From Azolla caroliniana (lineage: Eukaryota; Plantae; Polypodiophyta): DNA of 64,000 nucleotides. This document shows, piece after piece, positions 60,827 through 64,000 of the stretch. Within the stretch, counting starts at the first letter, position 1. Each line of letters opens with the position of its first letter. The stretch spans positions 23,684,001 through 23,748,000 of the forward strand of contig JBHGNT010000005.1 of NCBI GenBank assembly GCA_043228905.1, in the 5' to 3' direction. The notes beneath the pieces were generated by a model. That model had not been told where the DNA came from. It did not search any database and worked only from the letters and a program-made list of their open reading frames with translations. The translations under genes were made by a program, and so were the position numbers.

Positions 60827-60861
<35 letters not shown>

Positions 60862-61269
60862 TTCCTTCCTTCTCGAGCTCCATAGCTTCTGTGCAGGGTT
60901 CCGAGGAGGCTCGCGCTGTTTCGAGGAACGCCCGAGTGCTTCCGGCAGCACCTCCGACCTGCTACCCCGTTTGTGCGTCGAAGCGAACAGGCATCGGCAT
61001 CTGTTCGCCGGCCTGTTCGGTTGTAAACAACCTGTGCCCCATCGAGGGTTGTAGTCGTGTTAGCCATTTTTGTTAATACACTTATTTAGTCATTCGCATC
61101 TGTTTGTGTCGGTGTCTGTTCGCGTTCTCCGTGCTGAAGGGCCGTGTCCCTGCGTATTCCCGGTCCTGCGTAGCCGGTTCTCTCTCTTTCTCCTCCCTTG
61201 CTTGCTCTTTGGTTCGAGACCCCCGCGGTCCCGCCTCATTTCACACGCACTTGCGTAATAATCTCGACA

Positions 61270-62069
61270 ACGTGATATGCTGGTACGGGTGCGTCGGGAA
61301 GATCGTGGCTGACCGAGGGGAGTTGGACGCCGAAGAAGCCGCGGAGCTGTTCGACCGGCTGGGAGTCAAGCTCTCGCTCACCACTGCGTACAATCCGGAG
61401 GCGAATGGAAAGGTGGAGCGCGGACACGGGCCGATCGTCAAGGCGCTGGTTCGGGCATGCGGAGGCCAAGTCGGTAACTGGCCGCGGCTGCTACCTTATG
61501 CTTTGTGGGCAGACCGGACTACGCACAGTTCGGTAACCGGGTACATGCCGACGGAGCTCATGTTCGGCTAGAAGCCGATCATGCCGATGGAACAGACGAT
61601 CTCCTCATGGGCAATGGTCGACTGGAGGGACGAGATGAGCCGGGAGGAGTTGTTGGCCGCGCGTATACGACAACTCGAGCGGAGACCGGAGGACGTGGAG
61701 CTGGCTGCGGAGAAGCTCCGGGTGGCGAGGACAAAGAACAAAGCCAGGTTCGACCGGACGCACCGGCTCCGACCGAAGAAGATCGAGGAAGGTGACTGGG
61801 TGCTCGTCTACGACAGCAGCCTCGACAACCAGCACCGGGCTACACGGAAGTTCGCGCGGAGATGGTTTGGGCCGTACGCGGTACAAAGCGCCAACGACAA
61901 CGGGACGTATCACCTGGCGGAACTCGACGGCACGAGAATGGCGATACCCGTGGCTGGAAAGAGGATCAAAGCCTTCAAGAAGCGACACGACGACGAGCCA
62001 GACCCGGTTCTCCTAGACAGCAGCGACGACCGGTCCGAGACCGAGGGAGGACCGATGGGCGAAGAGTGA
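61270..62069 (+). pseudogene. pol: Integrase C-terminal half of element A
   Basis: Resumes at VICWYGC after the TSD; TAG at 61569 where B has CAG. Confidence 0.9.
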
Positions 62070-63004
62070 AGGCGGGCCGGTTTTCTCCGTCCCAACTTAA
62101 TTTGGCGCATGCCGGTGGATGCGCGGTTAGGTGGGGGCGGATGTCGTGAAGAAAACCGTCCAAGGGTGGAATTGGGGCACCAAGGCGTGGGAACCGGCTC
62201 TTCACGCACGTGCGCGCCAAGTTGTACATAGAGGCGAATTAGGTACCTAGGAGGATCGAAGTGGTTAGATACGGTAGGTGGGAATTTAATGCCGAACGGC
62301 TCCTTCTTGACCGATAAAAGGAGGAGGATCGGGGGGGGGGGGGGGGGCGGGGGGGACGAAGTGCTGTCGGACCGATTCTGGACGCTTCTCTCTCTGTTCT
62401 CCTTCCCTTTTTCTCCATAGCTTTTCCTGTGCAGGTTTTCGAGGAGGCTCGCGCTGTTTCGAGGAACGCCCGAGTGCTTCCGGCAGCACCTCCGACCTGC
62501 TCCCTTTTGTGCGACGCAGCGAACAGGCATCGACATCTGTTCGCCGGCCTGTTCGGTCGTAACCATCCTGTGCCCCACCGCGGGTTGTAGCTTCTTGATC
62601 AGATATTTGCTCATATATATATATATATATATATATTCATTTGTTTGCGTCTACTTGTGTCGGCGTCTATTCGCGTTCTCTGTGTTGAAGGGCCGTGTCC
62701 CTGTGTATCCCCGGTCCTGCGTAGCCGGTCCTCTCTCTTTCCCCACCCTCGCTTGCTCTTCGGTTCAAGACCCCCGCGGTCCCGCCTCGTTTCTATACGC
62801 ACTTGCGTAATATCGCGACAACGTGCTCTCTTTTCTTCTTGCACCAACAAAGAAAAATGACAACAACAACTATTACTAAAAGTTTGCCCTAAGTCATATT
62901 TATACTAATATGACTTTTCGGCTATTTACAAATGTATCCTCGATGGGCTCTCAGAAACATATTTGCGAATATGTCTCTTCATCCGGTTCTCACCGGGTCT
63001 CTAC

Positions 63005-63204
63005 CATCCGGCTCTCCGTAGCCGGGTACTCCTCATCCGGTTCATACCGGGCCTGCACCATCCGGCTCTCCGTAGCCGGGTACTCCTCATCCGGTTCATA
63101 CCGGGCCTGCACCATCCGGCTCTCCGTAGCCGGGTACTCCTCATCCGGTTCATACCGGGCCTACACCATCCAGCTCTCCGTAGCCGGGTACTCCTCATCC
63201 GGTT
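63005..63204. repeat. 54-bp tandem repeat in the 5' LTR of copia C
   Basis: Same unit as 43722-43921. Confidence 0.9.
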
Positions 63205-63500
63205 TCGGCCTCGGGCGAGTTTGTTCATCGGCACTGTTCTTCTTCCTTCCCATCCGGAGGGACTTGTTTCCCAACAGAATTTGCGTTGCGTTTGTGTTGT
63301 GCATGTGTCTGTTTATGTCCACTTCCAAAAGGTGAAGGGCAAAGAAGAGGAGGAAAGTGAAACGGTTCTCCGTAGAGAAGGGAAGGAAACACTTCAGCAT
63401 ATGTGAGGTTTGCTGCCCGACTGTTCGCGGACTCCGCTGTAGAGAACAGAGATTCACTACTCTCTGCAACAGAACAGAGTAGAGAAGAACGAACAAAGCC

Positions 63501-64000
63501 ATGGCTAAGCCTACGTTCCAAGGTACTCGAAATAAAGAGGTCGTTTGAGGAGTAGGTCGCCATTCATGCTCCAACGTTTATCATAAGCGTGGTTTGTTGG
63601 CCATCAAAGTGAAGAACGGTGGATCCTTCCCTTCCCACTAGAAACAAGCTTCTGAAACTCTCGTATCTGAAAGACCTCCCAAGTTCTATCCTGCCGGTGA
63701 TGTTCCTAAACCCCTTTGAAATAAACGTGTCCTCAAACCTACTAAGCTCAGGTCAAGCATCACCCCAGGCACTGTCTTGAATCTGCTTGCTGGACATTTT
63801 AAGGGGAAGAGGGTTGTTTTCCTTATGCAGTTGGAATCTGGTTTGCTTTTGGTTACAAGTCCATTCAAGCTAAATGGTGTACCTCTACGTTGATTAAGTC
63901 AATCATATGTAATAGCAAACTTTACAAATCTTGATGTAAGCAAAGTAGATATGGGTAATATTACAGACAACTACTTCGAAAAGGAAGTTCAGAAGAAGAA
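63501..64000 (+). pseudogene. RPL6: 60S ribosomal protein L6 (eL6) processed pseudogene, runs off the window
   Basis: Manual translation [81 protein letters not shown]; four in-frame stops; no introns in 500 nt. Confidence 0.9.

Larger units (their letters stand above)
53931..61269 (+). mobile_element. Very young Trp-lineage gypsy element B
   Basis: LTRs 53931-54742 and 60462-61269 nearly identical (2 substitutions seen plus microsatellite length), PBS 54747-54764, PPT, perfect TSD ACGT. Confidence 0.97.
48395..62820 (+). mobile_element. Trp-lineage gypsy element A, containing element B in its integrase
   Basis: LTRs 48395-49077 and 62142-62820 (about 7 transitions by eye), PBS 49081-49098, PPT ggtgggggcgga, TSD ACTT/ACGT (the empty site in the other LTR of C reads ACGT). 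Confidence 0.95.
43228..63276 (-). mobile_element. Young Ty1/copia element (C), Tnt1/Tork-like; its 5' LTR is interrupted by gypsy A
   Basis: 3' LTR 43228-43993, 5' LTR 48081-48394 plus 62821-63276, TSD GAATT on both sides, PBS TGGTATCAGAGCG 48078-48066, PPT agggaggag. Confidence 0.95.

Noticed and set aside
49000-62100. Many overlapping and antisense ORFs of 60-313 aa
   Set aside because: Expected shadow frames of GC-rich gag-pol; no recognisable domains.

Overview
Plant heterochromatin-type DNA (probably a non-seed plant; inference) made almost entirely of nested LTR retrotransposons, with no intact host gene. It contains several Ty1/copia elements with tRNA-iMet PBS and 5-bp TSDs (4579-10245, 16150-35532, 43228-63276 and remnants) and the 3' end of a Ty3/gypsy element with a long extra ORF (1-4468). 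A second Ty3/gypsy lineage has at least eight insertions, with tRNA-Trp PBS, TGTCG..CGACA LTR ends and 4-bp TSDs, including a very young nested pair (48395-62820 containing 53931-61269). Also present are a hAT-type MITE, a 3.9-kb fold-back made of two copia 5' halves, an interstitial (TTTAGGG)3 tract and a processed RPL6 pseudogene at the right edge. The Trp-primed gypsy lineage is the most interesting system. All 7 resolvable target sites have a central CpG (NCGN), and there is a conserved GGAUUUU plus pseudoknot -1 frameshift between PR and RT. It also has a conserved hairpin just before the PPT and tRNA-like A/B-box modules inside several LTRs. All alignments and counts were made by eye.
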